From: a virus
DNA: 64,000 bases
Strand: one strand, 5' to 3'
Virus record (IMG/VR): IMGVR_UViG_3300009104_000017
Location: 3,308 to 67,307 of that record
Position numbers and translations under genes: made by a program. Shown piece after piece: positions 45,527-57,080 of the stretch (position 1 is its first letter; the number at the start of each line of letters is the position of its first letter). Under the pieces are notes generated by a model. The model made no database searches. It had not been told where the DNA came from and saw only the letters and a program-made list of their open reading frames with translations.

Positions 45527-48147
45527 AAGTGGCCCCCAAAGCCAACAAATCTAGGTTTATCTATTTCTCCACCAAGTGATACCAGTCCTTCAGATACAAA
45601 CCCTCCTGAAGAATTAAACATTGCTACAGAAGATACTTGTAGGGATAAACCATATTTAGGTAGCATACCTCCTGTTGGATGGTCTTCACTCATTTCTATA
45701 ATAGTTCCATAGAATCTTGTATAATCTCCATTTTTATGGGTAACATCTAAAAATACAGGAGTAGCTTCTTTTTGATATCTATAAACAGTATCACGAGTTG
45801 AATTAACATCATTTTGTAAATCAACACCTCCAAATTTAACAACTCCTCCAGATGCTCCTATCTTTCTTATTTCTGCCATACCTAATCTATTTTCAATTAC
45901 TTGATATTTTCCCTTTCTGTTAAAAGATATCCCTTGTGCTAATACTAAATTATTTAAAGACAGACAGGTTGGGTCTATCACTTCAATATATTGCTGGTGT
46001 GAATTATCAGCTACTAATACTTTAGGTACCTGAACCTTTGCCAGTGCAGTATCAGCACCAGCCCCACTCGAAGCGTCTATTCCAATAGCTATACAAATAG
46101 CATAAGAATCAACGTCCCATGGATTTGCTAAATTATTAAGAAAGTTGTCAGTACCCAAATTAGAATTCATTGTAGTTTTCTTACATTTAACCCAATCATT
46201 TGGTGGGTCAAAAGATAACATACCCGACCTACATAATGAAGTACCTCTTTTTCTATTAAAAGTAGTATTATCCATGAATTTTAACGGTTTGAATCTAATA
46301 TAGTTAGTAGTATCAGTGAAACCTTTCTCTACACTCGGATAAAATAACTGTAATTCAATAGCTGGCCAATTACCATCTGTTGCACCTTGTATACTTATAT
46401 TGTTAAATATAGCAGATATATCATCATGTAAGGTTTTCATATATATCTTATCAAATTTCCTATCTTTAGCTATTAACAGATATGTCTTATAATTACCAGT
46501 TGTTATACTAGTACCAGATAGTGAGCTTCCTCTTAGTGTTCCATTGGCTGCCGTATCACTGTTGATTAAATTACTACAGTCTGTCCATGTAGGTGTACCG
46601 GTGTCTCCATCATAGGTTCTATACATTATACTGAAGGACTTTAAATCAGAAGGATTCCTTAATCTATAACAGTTTGATGAGTCAGATTCTATAGTACCAT
46701 CGTCATCTGTATCTCCATTCCAATATGTCTTCCCTTCAAAATGTTCTAAAAAAGAAAGTTGATTTTTATCTACAATATCATTATCTGCTCCTGCAAAAGC
46801 ATCATCAGCTTGAGTAGATGCAGAAGAATCTCTCACCTGACATTCTATAAGTCTCCCTTCTGGTAAAAACCTATTATCATCGTCTAACATATTAAATGTA
46901 AAAGAGTGTGAATATGATTCTCTTCTCACTCCATCACTAGTAGGACCAAATGCAGTGTTTTGTGTCATATAGGGAGTATTACCATAACTATCACTACTAG
47001 TTGTTTGTCTAACGTCCATTCCTCCCGTCCATACTCTATCTCTATCTAAATCAAACATAAAAGCATCTGTTGTAGCTAATGTAACATTTGATGCTCTTGT
47101 TCTACTCTCTGTAGCATCAATAGTAGCATAAAAACCTAAAGTATAATCTTCTAATATTGGATTACCTAATGATACATAAGCTATAGATACATTTTCACCT
47201 GCTCCTTGAGCATCATGTAATATATGTATTCTTTCTCCCGAAGCCAACTTATCGCTAGCAGTAGCAGATGTTGTTTCCCTATTATCTATCAACTCTACCC
47301 TTAATATTCTTCTACATGCATTTATAGTTTCTGAATGTTTTTTCTTAACTTCTCTAATTAATGCATTATCACCAGCATCAGCACTACCTGTGGGAGCTCC
47401 GCTATCTAAATAAAGAATTCTTAAATACACATCAGTTCTATCTGTGTTTTCTGAATGAATTAGAACTTGTGGATAAGTTGCATCATCAATAGATACGTCT
47501 CCTAAAAATGTATTATCAATTCCAGAAAAAATTTGTTTTCTATCTGTTTTTAACACACAAACAGGTGGTTTATTAGCTGGGCATAAAATTGGTATCCTAG
47601 GTTTAAGCTTCTTTTCCATTGTAACCATACTAAAATTATTATTACCTGCATCATATAAATTACTATCAACTCTATGAGAATCGTCTAATGCTTTAAAATC
47701 ATTATCTTCGTGAGCAGGAGTATACCATTTGGAATAAAACCCTTCTATACTTTTTGTTCTTATAAGTGGGAAGTGAGGTCCGTGTTTACTAAAAATATGA
47801 GAAGTTACTGCAAAGGCATTGGGATTTTCTAATACTATCTTACTAGTATTACTTTTCTCTGGAGTATTGTCTTCCCCGTCGTCCCAATCTATCTCAAATT
47901 CTTTTACTAAACCATTAGCTTCTATTCTAAACCAATATTCTTCAAATATAAAAAAATGATAATATCCATCAGCATGAGATGAATGAGCTGTTGCTACAGT
48001 AGCACTTGCATTAACGTCTGCCGTATCATGTGACAAGCCTCCTAAAGTGGCACTCATTACTCCTAATGGGTTAGTGTTTGCTAAGGCATCTGCTTCAGTC
48101 ATATAAACCTTCAATACATAATCAGTTGGTGATACATTTACTCCCAT
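45523..48147 (-). CDS. minor tail protein (PKD-like N-terminal motif)
   Basis: FEIDWDDGE motif; tail operon. Confidence 0.6.
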   Translation of the reverse strand: MGVNVSPTDYVLKVYMTEADALANTNPLGVMSATLGGLSHDTADVNASATVATAHSSHADGYYHFFIFEEYWFRIEANGLVKEFEIDWDDGEDNTPEKSNTSKIVLENPNAFAVTSHIFSKHGPHFPLIRTKSIEGFYSKWYTPAHEDNDFKALDDSHRVDSNLYDAGNNNFSMVTMEKKLKPRIPILCPANKPPVCVLKTDRKQIFSGIDNTFLGDVSIDDATYPQVLIHSENTDRTDVYLRILYLDSGAPTGSADAGDNALIREVKKKHSETINACRRILRVELIDNRETTSATASDKLASGERIHILHDAQGAGENVSIAYVSLGNPILEDYTLGFYATIDATESRTRASNVTLATTDAFMFDLDRDRVWTGGMDVRQTTSSDSYGNTPYMTQNTAFGPTSDGVRRESYSHSFTFNMLDDDNRFLPEGRLIECQVRDSSASTQADDAFAGADNDIVDKNQLSFLEHFEGKTYWNGDTDDDGTIESDSSNCYRLRNPSDLKSFSIMYRTYDGDTGTPTWTDCSNLINSDTAANGTLRGSSLSGTSITTGNYKTYLLIAKDRKFDKIYMKTLHDDISAIFNNISIQGATDGNWPAIELQLFYPSVEKGFTDTTNYIRFKPLKFMDNTTFNRKRGTSLCRSGMLSFDPPNDWVKCKKTTMNSNLGTDNFLNNLANPWDVDSYAICIAIGIDASSGAGADTALAKVQVPKVLVADNSHQQYIEVIDPTCLSLNNLVLAQGISFNRKGKYQVIENRLGMAEIRKIGASGGVVKFGGVDLQNDVNSTRDTVYRYQKEATPVFLDVTHKNGDYTRFYGTIIEMSEDHPTGGMLPKYGLSLQVSSVAMFNSSGGFVSEGLVSLGGEIDKPRFVGFGGHL

Positions 48148-48153
48148 ATTTAT

Positions 48154-51100
48154 CTAAGACATGTTTAATTTAAACGCAGTCTTCCTCCATGACACATTGT
48201 TTGTTTGTCTAACCTCATCAGCAGACGCTCCTCTAATATTATGGTAATCTTTGATGAACACTTTAGCAAAATGAGTTTTAGGTTCAGCATACTCAATATC
48301 TCTTAAATCAGAAAATGGTTTTTCTATTGTAATACTCGCATCTTGAGGATTAACATAATAAATTGCATACGGTAAAAATACAAATTCTTCTATACGTCCG
48401 AAAAGACCGTCACGGGCTACTTCTCCAAAATGGTGGGCCGTTGTAGTGCCCATCCATAAATGATTTGTCATTCTTCCCATTATCTCTACTATTAAATCTT
48501 CATCACTACCTACTGCCCAATCTATAGGTTCTCCTCCCTGTCCATCAGCATCATCTTGTAATTGTGTTTCAGTACCAGTTGTAGCTCTATCACCTGTATA
48601 GGCATCTAATTTTCCATTTATATATAATTTTAAATTTTGTCTTGGTAAATCCTTATCAAATGTTACTGATATATGTGTAGGGGTAACTCCATCATTTAAT
48701 AAAGCTTTCGATGATTGAATCTTTAACCATCTATTTTGGTTTTTTGCTTTCATCCATACGTTTATAAGGCCACTACTATCTAAGTAACAAAGTAGTTTTT
48801 CATGCTGCATACCCATTAAAGTCGTACCTCTACCGTATGTATTCGCTGCACTTATTGTGTTGGTTGTATCAAAATTGCCTACCCTAAATATAATACTTCG
48901 TGGAATCATAGTAATTTTACCGCCGTGTGTTGGCTTTCCACCAGAACCATTGCCAGCAGCATCAGAACCAGTTCCATATAATCCTACTTGACCACCATGG
49001 GTATTTCCTATATCCCATCCGGCAGGGTCTCCACCACTAGCGGCATAGTATGTTCCAAATCGAATCGCGTCGTTATTGTCACCCGACACGTTCCCCGGAC
49101 CTTGTGATAATCTTATATATTCTGAATTTGTTAATCCACCATTACTAGAATCACTATCAATTCTAGCTAGCATATCACCTACTTGGTTTTCTATTGCCGA
49201 AGTGCTATCATCACTTCTATATCCTGTTGGATATGAAATACTACTACTACTATGGCTATTTTTTACATCTGCACTAACTTTTATAGACCCAGTATATCTT
49301 GTATGACCTAGGCCATGTGAACCATCAGCAAAATCCATCAATGTTTGAGCAGCTCCAGCAGTGCCTTCGTTATTTACTATTGTAACAGGAACGGCGACGT
49401 CATCCTCTTTAGTTAACTCATATTCAGCTGCTGGATAACCACTAGCAGTTACTATGCAGGATATTGTAAATTGATTATCTTTAATATCACTCTTATCTAC
49501 AGTCCAAGAACCTTTACTGCTGACTGTTGTTGTGAAATTAGATGGTGGTTGGGATTCGGGTTCTTTTGTATATTGATTGTATGTAGTCTCATCTATAGTT
49601 GCGTCTGCCGGAGGAGAACCTGTGAGTAGCGTCCGTGTTATGGATGATGTAGGTATTATTTTTAGACATGCGGCACTATTAATATTTTTTGTATATTGGA
49701 AACTGTCATATACTCCAGCAGCCTCTTCCCATTCTCTTCTTCTTGATTTCTTATCTGCAACCCTATTTCCACCTAGACCATCCCATTTATATGATGTGCC
49801 TGTACACATGGTATAAAAATTCGCCCAGTTATTATAATAATATAAACCTCCCTGTTGCGTTTCTCTATATGTTAATACACCGGCACGAACATTTCGGGCT
49901 CCATAATTATAATATTTAGGTATTAAATCAGTATTATCCATTTTAGTCTTAAATAATCCACTCTGTGATGATTCATTAAGAGGTAAATGTAAAATAGCTT
50001 TATGATATTGGTGTGATATAGGTTCATCATCTACATGAATCTGTAAAAACCACAAGTCAGTATCTTGAGTGGGTTCCCATTCTAATTTAGGATATAAACC
50101 TGTCTTATCTGGTTTCACGTGGAAATTTACTAAAGGTTGTGGTAATTGGTCAAAATAATTGGCTACAATTTTAGGTTTAATATATCCTTCATCTCCTGAG
50201 CTTACACCAGATATAGAGGAAATAGCTGTAGTTGGATTGCCCCCGAAAAAAGACATTTGATGGTCAGTTCCTATGTCTTTTGCTTGAAGTAAAAATTGTA
50301 TTGTATCTCCCGGTCTTAATTTGGCAGATTTAGTAAATAAGCCCTTTCTAGATTTTAATGTATACCACCCGTCTGAAGAAGGAGAACCTTCGAGCGCATA
50401 ACCACCTTTAAATCCTTGGTTTGATTCTTCATCTGCCTCTACAAAAGAACCATATCCAAAATCAGACAGTTCTAAAATACTACTATCTGTCGAAGGAGTA
50501 AGGTCCCAAGAATTTTCGTAAGCACCTACAACAGTAGAACCATCAACAGTATATAAACTTTCATTAAAAGTAGAACCGGGGGTGCCTAAATCGCTTGTAA
50601 CTAAAACTGAACCATATGATTTTTGAGGTAACTGTTTTGCTGAATAAGGGCAATAATCGCTTGCAGCATCTAAATCCTCAGTAAAAGCTCCTACTTCAAA
50701 ATCATTCCAGTTAAAAATACGTAGACTTATCCAATACATGTATGGTGAAATCCAAAGACCGGGCATAATATCAACATCAGCCAATTTTGTAGTGCCGTCA
50801 GTTGCATACCCCGCCCAATCTAATCTTACATGATTAGTATCTATAATTTCTAAACATCTTACAGTATTATTATACATTGAATTTGTGTCAGATGCACCAC
50901 CCATAACATAAACTATAAAATCTTGGTCGTCATTAACTTTGAAAGGTTCAGTGGTATCAACAGTTGCTATACCTGTCATAGACTCATAATCTATTATCTT
51001 AGCAGACATAAAGAAATTCTCTCTTTTTCCTGCATTAGGTGTTAAAGAATCGTGAGCTCCTAAAGCTAACTTAACTAATCCCTGTCGTCTAAATCCGTTC

Positions 51101-53856
51101 ACATCTCCTATATCTGAAGTAGAACCAAAGCCATCTAAGTATATAACACTACCAGCTACAAAATTATCTGAGGTGTCAACAGATGTGTCTGAGGCAAATG
51201 TTATAGAATGGTCTTCTGTATTATTACCACTGCCTCCAATACCTGTATCCATAGAAGTATTATAATAAGATGCCTTGTTACCACATGAATTTAATGCACC
51301 TCCAAAACCTAATGCGTATGAAGTATCTCGTCCATTGTCAGATAAAAGACCACTATACATACCACCTCCGATATATATATCATTGTTTGATGCCATCACT
51401 CCTGTAGTTCCAGACTGAAGTGCTGATAAATTAGCACAATTAAAATCATTAAAAAATAAATACCGGGCAGAACCGGAGAATAAGGTACTATGTGTATTAG
51501 TGCCTATATTAATAATAGTATAACCGGGTACAGCACCTTGAGTTTTGTCAAACGTAGTAAACGTATAATCACCAGAATTTGTAAAAGTAAAAGCTCCATG
51601 GTCTTGTTCATTGTCAGATGCCACTGAATGGAATGTACTACTAGCAAGTTGTGGATTCATTCTTCTTGTGTTTCCTCCTGCAATAACTATATCACTCTGT
51701 GAAGTCTCCATACTAACTAAACCATCCTTTCCTGATTGAATTATAGTATTATTAGTCATAGGAAGATTAAAATTTCCCATCCTTATACTATCTATATTCA
51801 TTTTAATCTCTACGTTTTCATCGTGGTCTAATGATGGATTAATATCAACAGCAGTAACATCAGCGTGAGCATGATTATCCCAATCAGTTGTACCTCCTTG
51901 ATTCTTAGTGTTATTATTCCATATAGACATAAACCTAAATACTTCTCTACCACTAGAAATTGAATCACCAGCGAGTCTATCAGTATCTTTGTCAACAACA
52001 GCAAAGGTATTGCTAGCTCCTGACTTATCAATCCTTCCAAGCGCGAGGTTGTGGTAGTCTAGGTCCTCGTCTCCTACTAAAGTACCTCTTGGTGCACCAC
52101 CTGTTGGTTGTGTCCTAATCGTAGCAATCATGTTTGTACTTGTGTCATTTGCTACAGGAGCACTAACTGTAAGTGTATATGTTTCCCCTTCAACTAAAGG
52201 ACCAATCTGTGAACCATCTACATCAGACAACTTTGATGTACCAGTAGATGAATATTCTCCACCCCAACTAGAAATGTCAGAGTAATGGTCAGTTGGACCG
52301 ACACCGTCGTTCCCAAATCTTTTCATATCAAATGCCCATATACCTGATTTATCACTATCAGGAGGGTCTTTAATTAATATTATACCAGCTATAGCACCTT
52401 CTCCATTTTGATTGTTCCAAAAATCAGCACAACGTTCAGTTGATATATCAGGGCGCCTATTACTGAATATAATACATATACTTCTTCTAAACATATCTAC
52501 ATAGCCATCACTATCATGAGTATACCATGCACTTGATGACATTGAAGGTATAGTAAAGGTTATATCTATTGTACCATTATCATAACACCCATAATTATAG
52601 GAATCATTGTCAGTGGATGGATGACCCCATTCACTGTCAAAAGCTCCCGGAGGGCCGGGTATAGGGCCACAGGGCATAGGTAAAGGACCTACAACAGTTA
52701 CAGCATCTACAATACAATCTATCCCACTGGACGTTAATTTAGCCGGCTTGTCTGGGTGGGTGTCAACATTAGTATCAGCAAAAGTATATAATTGAGCACA
52801 TTTACCTTTAGAAACTACATTTTCTGCTATAAATCTAACAACTCCTGTCTTTTCAACGGTATGTACTAGGGTTCCATCCTCACCTGATGTCTCAGGTGCA
52901 GTTGCTGTGAAGAATTCACCGCACCCTCTAACTGAGGAAAATATAGTATTATCAGTATTTACCTCATCTCCATATTTTTCTGCGTCTGATAAAACTACAG
53001 GTTGAACATCTACTAATTTGCCTTTAATATCGCTTTCTTTGAAATATACCATTTGACTCAGCCCACCGGGTAAATTAATCGCAGTTTTGTAAATTCCATC
53101 TGAAGTATAATTAGCTAATTTAATGAGCCTATTTTCGCTTTTCTTCAAATTACCATCTGCATCAACATCTGTGTATGGAGATGGATGGCCCGGATATCCC
53201 GTTCCATGTTTCATTCTCATCTTTTTAATACTAGCTTTCTTACTTACTTTATATTTTATACCGGGATAATTCCTCTGTTGATGGGGGTGATAATATGGTA
53301 ATCGTGTATATCCTATTTCATAAGCATCTTCAGGAGTTATATATAAACCACCATCTCCTTTAAATTTACTTACTCTTTGGTTGGTAATAGTGAGCTCTTC
53401 AGAAGCCCATCCTTCTTGATTGCCTGTAAAATAATCACAATATATAGAAGGAAAAAAGTCTTCGATGTGAGTAGTACCTACAACAATATCTTTACTTTGG
53501 ACAGTTATATCTCCAGTTGAAAATACATTTGTTGTTGACACTGTCGATGCCAGACTGGAAGGGTCGTCTACTTTATAGGCTACCATTTTAGGAGGCTGTG
53601 ATGACTTACCTTGAGTTATCCCCGTACCATACAAAAATATCTCTATATTGTCTAATACACCACCACCATAAGGAGGTGGCTTAGGTATTTTATATGCTTG
53701 TAGTGCATGAGTTATATCTGGAGAACCTTTAACGTGAGTACCTAAACTTGAATCACCAGCATTAGGTGTATCTGGATATACTTCACTAATTTGTTCTTCT
53801 AATAAAATGTTCGAAAATGCTCGAAACGTTATTCCTTTATCTTCTTCTGCTACCAT
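48154..53856 (-). CDS. 1900-aa tail/receptor-binding protein with C-terminal LamG-like domain
   Basis: Follows tape measure; THISVTFD...LKLYING...GRIEEF. Confidence 0.7.
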   Translation of the reverse strand: MVAEEDKGITFRAFSNILLEEQISEVYPDTPNAGDSSLGTHVKGSPDITHALQAYKIPKPPPYGGGVLDNIEIFLYGTGITQGKSSQPPKMVAYKVDDPSSLASTVSTTNVFSTGDITVQSKDIVVGTTHIEDFFPSIYCDYFTGNQEGWASEELTITNQRVSKFKGDGGLYITPEDAYEIGYTRLPYYHPHQQRNYPGIKYKVSKKASIKKMRMKHGTGYPGHPSPYTDVDADGNLKKSENRLIKLANYTSDGIYKTAINLPGGLSQMVYFKESDIKGKLVDVQPVVLSDAEKYGDEVNTDNTIFSSVRGCGEFFTATAPETSGEDGTLVHTVEKTGVVRFIAENVVSKGKCAQLYTFADTNVDTHPDKPAKLTSSGIDCIVDAVTVVGPLPMPCGPIPGPPGAFDSEWGHPSTDNDSYNYGCYDNGTIDITFTIPSMSSSAWYTHDSDGYVDMFRRSICIIFSNRRPDISTERCADFWNNQNGEGAIAGIILIKDPPDSDKSGIWAFDMKRFGNDGVGPTDHYSDISSWGGEYSSTGTSKLSDVDGSQIGPLVEGETYTLTVSAPVANDTSTNMIATIRTQPTGGAPRGTLVGDEDLDYHNLALGRIDKSGASNTFAVVDKDTDRLAGDSISSGREVFRFMSIWNNNTKNQGGTTDWDNHAHADVTAVDINPSLDHDENVEIKMNIDSIRMGNFNLPMTNNTIIQSGKDGLVSMETSQSDIVIAGGNTRRMNPQLASSTFHSVASDNEQDHGAFTFTNSGDYTFTTFDKTQGAVPGYTIINIGTNTHSTLFSGSARYLFFNDFNCANLSALQSGTTGVMASNNDIYIGGGMYSGLLSDNGRDTSYALGFGGALNSCGNKASYYNTSMDTGIGGSGNNTEDHSITFASDTSVDTSDNFVAGSVIYLDGFGSTSDIGDVNGFRRQGLVKLALGAHDSLTPNAGKRENFFMSAKIIDYESMTGIATVDTTEPFKVNDDQDFIVYVMGGASDTNSMYNNTVRCLEIIDTNHVRLDWAGYATDGTTKLADVDIMPGLWISPYMYWISLRIFNWNDFEVGAFTEDLDAASDYCPYSAKQLPQKSYGSVLVTSDLGTPGSTFNESLYTVDGSTVVGAYENSWDLTPSTDSSILELSDFGYGSFVEADEESNQGFKGGYALEGSPSSDGWYTLKSRKGLFTKSAKLRPGDTIQFLLQAKDIGTDHQMSFFGGNPTTAISSISGVSSGDEGYIKPKIVANYFDQLPQPLVNFHVKPDKTGLYPKLEWEPTQDTDLWFLQIHVDDEPISHQYHKAILHLPLNESSQSGLFKTKMDNTDLIPKYYNYGARNVRAGVLTYRETQQGGLYYYNNWANFYTMCTGTSYKWDGLGGNRVADKKSRRREWEEAAGVYDSFQYTKNINSAACLKIIPTSSITRTLLTGSPPADATIDETTYNQYTKEPESQPPSNFTTTVSSKGSWTVDKSDIKDNQFTISCIVTASGYPAAEYELTKEDDVAVPVTIVNNEGTAGAAQTLMDFADGSHGLGHTRYTGSIKVSADVKNSHSSSSISYPTGYRSDDSTSAIENQVGDMLARIDSDSSNGGLTNSEYIRLSQGPGNVSGDNNDAIRFGTYYAASGGDPAGWDIGNTHGGQVGLYGTGSDAAGNGSGGKPTHGGKITMIPRSIIFRVGNFDTTNTISAANTYGRGTTLMGMQHEKLLCYLDSSGLINVWMKAKNQNRWLKIQSSKALLNDGVTPTHISVTFDKDLPRQNLKLYINGKLDAYTGDRATTGTETQLQDDADGQGGEPIDWAVGSDEDLIVEIMGRMTNHLWMGTTTAHHFGEVARDGLFGRIEEFVFLPYAIYYVNPQDASITIEKPFSDLRDIEYAEPKTHFAKVFIKDYHNIRGASADEVRQTNNVSWRKTAFKLNMS

Positions 53857-53858
53857 AA

Positions 53859-56750
53859 TTAAATTACTCCCATATCACTTTGTCTTCTCATTGCGTGTGG
53901 TAATGCCTCTGCTAATTTTTCAGCAAAGTCTGTTCCGTCTTCAGCGTGTACATCACCCATATTAACTGTAATTCCTTGAGAAGCTCCTAACATATTTTGT
54001 GTTTTTGGTATAACTGTTTCTCCCTTCTGTAACCATGCTAATCCATGGTCTCTGGTTGGGCCTCCAGTTTCTCTCATTGGAATATAAGTACCTCCTAAAT
54101 CATAACTTCTCTCTTTAGGCAACTCTCCAACACCAATTTTAGTTATTTTAGCAGGGTCTCCACCACCGCCGTCCTCTATACCATAAGCATCTCTCAACAT
54201 ACTTCTCATCATAAATGCTCCTTTGATAATTGCTGCTGCTGCTGCTATTGCTAGAACTGGTCCAACCACTGGTATACCTGCTACTGCTTTCATAGCTTTA
54301 TATGCAGACACCATTACTAATATACCTGCTAAAACAGTTAATGCGTCACTTAAAGCACCCGTGGTATTCACAGCTAATGCCATAACAGCTATAGCTGCTC
54401 CAAAAGACAAGAACATAGCTTTAGTAGATACAGTAGCTTGTAAAGTTGCTAAATTATAAGCTTTCATAGCGGCTGTTTTAGCCCAAATTGCCACAGTATG
54501 TGCTCCGGATTTTACAGTAGCCCACATGTCCGTAACTCCCATTGCGGAGGTAAGTGTAATATCTTCTTTTGTTTCATCATTTTTATTAGCTATAGCCAAC
54601 ATTAAACTCATCTCGGCCTTCGCTCTTAATAAAGTCATTATGGTATTAAATGGTAATAACTTAGCCAATACCTTATAATAAACTAACATAGTTAAGAAAT
54701 TAGGACCTAACTTATCTAATATTTTTAATGTAATCATCATAGGCTTTGTTGATAACTGTAACAGCTTAGTAAATGTCTCTAATCCACCATCTGAACCAGA
54801 TGCCTCTAAAAATACATGTTTAACTTCTCTAACCACTGTTATAAGCTCATTCATAGCTGCGATAACAAATTCTTGTAATTGATATCCAAATTCATTTAAT
54901 TTATATGAGCCTTCTTCTTCAATAATTAAGAATCCTACAAACTCATCTACAAGCTCTTTTATTCTTAATGTAAACTCATTTAATGAATTACCAGCTTCAC
55001 CTATCTTGTCAGAAAAGAAAAATGGAGCCATAAGAGCGTTCTTAACTCTTTGCATCTGATTAGCTAACGATTCTTGCTGTATGTCAGCCATACGAGTAGC
55101 TTCACCTGCTGAATTTGCTAAATCAGAAACAGCTGTTTGATATTCGTCAGCGTTCTGTACCAGTAAAGCAAACGCAGTAGCACCACGTACATTCAAATCT
55201 TCTAACATAGCAGTTAAAACTTTATAATCTTCTACGTCACCAAAGACTTGTTGGGCTTCTTTAGCTATAACTGATAAATCTTTCATTTTACCTTCAGCGT
55301 CTAAAATATCTATTCCCATCTTCTTGAAAGCAGAAGCATTATCATCTGCATGTTTTGTAAATTGCGCCAATGCCTGTCGTAAACCACGACCTGCAATACC
55401 AGCCTCTAAGGCGCGGTTGGTTAATACTTGTAGACCACCGAGTAATTGGTCTATGCTCTGTCCTGTAGCAACAAAGAAAGGCATAGCGAATTTAACTGAA
55501 CTAGATAAATCCTGCCATTCAATCAAAGATTTCTGAATAGAAAAGGCAAACTTATCAGTAAGTTCTTCAGCCTGACTCATTTCCATTCCAAAACCAGCAA
55601 TGGTCTGAACTGTTAACTTAGCTAAAGTATTGTGGTCACCTTGTGTTGCCATAGCTAACTTTAAAGTGTGTTGAAGAACTTCTTGAGATTCAGATGCTGA
55701 AAGACCAGCAGAAGCTAACTGATATAAACCTTCAGCTGCTTGTTGTGTAGACACACCATATTGTAAACCGAATGTAACTAATTCATCTGAAACTTCATGT
55801 AATTTTTCTTGAGATTCTCCAAAAACCGAATTAGCATTAATAATTGTCTTTTCGAAATCCATTACTGATTCAACTACAGGTTGCATTTTATATGCAAAAG
55901 CGCCTGCTGCTGCCGTACCTATAACAAAGGCATTCTTCATACCACCGGCTAAGCCACTAACATATTGTTGAGCTGCTTGTCCCATCTTTTTATAATGCGC
56001 AGTTCTAGTTTTTATATCTTGTAATTCTTGTTTGTTCTGTCTGTGTAATTTCTTACTATTTTTAGAATATTCTTTATAATTCTTTTTCTTTTGTTTAGCT
56101 TCTTTTTTCTCAAGTGCTATAGCTTCTTTATCAAGAGCCTTCATTGCTTTCATTTCTTTAATCAAAGCTTCATTATCTTCTGATGCTTCTGCTGCACCCT
56201 TTCCCTTTGCATTAATCAATTCTTTATTCTCATCAATCATTTTTTCAATGAGAACAATATTTCTTTGTCTTTCTTCGGCTTCTTGTTTCATAAACTTTAC
56301 GCCTGCTTTACCAGACTTATCAGTACTTATAGAACCAGCAACCTTTTGACCCATTGCCTTAGCTCTTTCAGCAAACTTACCATAATGTTTTTCCATTTTG
56401 GTGATTTCGTCTCTCCACCGTTGCCACGCTTTTGATACTTTTCCAGTTTTAGGTGTAAGTTTTTCAGGTTCGTCAGGTACTGCATCACCTAAAGCAGCTC
56501 CTGCTGCTTCTGCTGATTTTTTTATATCTTTAACACGTTGCTTACCTGCTTCTCTATCTGCTTTTTCTAACTTTTCATTTTCTTTCTGTAACTTAGTATT
56601 ACGTTCTTGAATACCCTGCACAGACTTTTGCATCTGTATAGTATTCATACTATCGGCCAAGGTTTCCATTATACCAAGAGCCTGTTGGCCAGACCTACGG
56701 TCTACGTCGAATCCGACACCAGTTCTAATGATATATTGCTCTTGTCCCAT
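53859..56750 (-). CDS. tail tape measure protein
   Basis: AAEGLYQLASAG...TLKLAMAT, AGIAGRGLRQ TP901-type core; hydrophobic C-terminus. Confidence 0.92.
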   Translation of the reverse strand: MGQEQYIIRTGVGFDVDRRSGQQALGIMETLADSMNTIQMQKSVQGIQERNTKLQKENEKLEKADREAGKQRVKDIKKSAEAAGAALGDAVPDEPEKLTPKTGKVSKAWQRWRDEITKMEKHYGKFAERAKAMGQKVAGSISTDKSGKAGVKFMKQEAEERQRNIVLIEKMIDENKELINAKGKGAAEASEDNEALIKEMKAMKALDKEAIALEKKEAKQKKKNYKEYSKNSKKLHRQNKQELQDIKTRTAHYKKMGQAAQQYVSGLAGGMKNAFVIGTAAAGAFAYKMQPVVESVMDFEKTIINANSVFGESQEKLHEVSDELVTFGLQYGVSTQQAAEGLYQLASAGLSASESQEVLQHTLKLAMATQGDHNTLAKLTVQTIAGFGMEMSQAEELTDKFAFSIQKSLIEWQDLSSSVKFAMPFFVATGQSIDQLLGGLQVLTNRALEAGIAGRGLRQALAQFTKHADDNASAFKKMGIDILDAEGKMKDLSVIAKEAQQVFGDVEDYKVLTAMLEDLNVRGATAFALLVQNADEYQTAVSDLANSAGEATRMADIQQESLANQMQRVKNALMAPFFFSDKIGEAGNSLNEFTLRIKELVDEFVGFLIIEEEGSYKLNEFGYQLQEFVIAAMNELITVVREVKHVFLEASGSDGGLETFTKLLQLSTKPMMITLKILDKLGPNFLTMLVYYKVLAKLLPFNTIMTLLRAKAEMSLMLAIANKNDETKEDITLTSAMGVTDMWATVKSGAHTVAIWAKTAAMKAYNLATLQATVSTKAMFLSFGAAIAVMALAVNTTGALSDALTVLAGILVMVSAYKAMKAVAGIPVVGPVLAIAAAAAIIKGAFMMRSMLRDAYGIEDGGGGDPAKITKIGVGELPKERSYDLGGTYIPMRETGGPTRDHGLAWLQKGETVIPKTQNMLGASQGITVNMGDVHAEDGTDFAEKLAEALPHAMRRQSDMGVI

Positions 56751-56756
56751 ATTTCC

Positions 56757-57080
56757 TTATTTTCCACTATGCATAACGCTTTCAAAGGAAGACACGCTTC
56801 TCTTTTTACCTGAAGCGGATATATATTTTTCTCTCAATTCCTTATATTCCCGATAAGAACTTCTTACATCAGGTCTGTCTTTAGCCATATCAGCTATATC
56901 TTTATCAGAATAGCCATCAAAGGCGTGTAAAGCTTCATACTGTCTAAGGGCTCCTATCAAACCCATAATTTCATATCTTGGCGTATTTTTTATTTCAGAC
57001 CAGCTCATTCCGAGGTCTTTCATTGCGGGGATGATTAAATAAACTGCATCAGGTGACCCAATCATCCAGTCGTAAAATCC
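56757..57080 (-). CDS. tail assembly chaperone extension (gpT-like), probably reached by -1 frameshift
   Basis: Overlaps upstream ORF in the -1 frame across GGATTTT; LGMSWSEIKN motif. Confidence 0.65.
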   Translation of the reverse strand, partial: GFYDWMIGSPDAVYLIIPAMKDLGMSWSEIKNTPRYEIMGLIGALRQYEALHAFDGYSDKDIADMAKDRPDVRSSYREYKELREKYISASGKKRSVSSFESVMHSGK

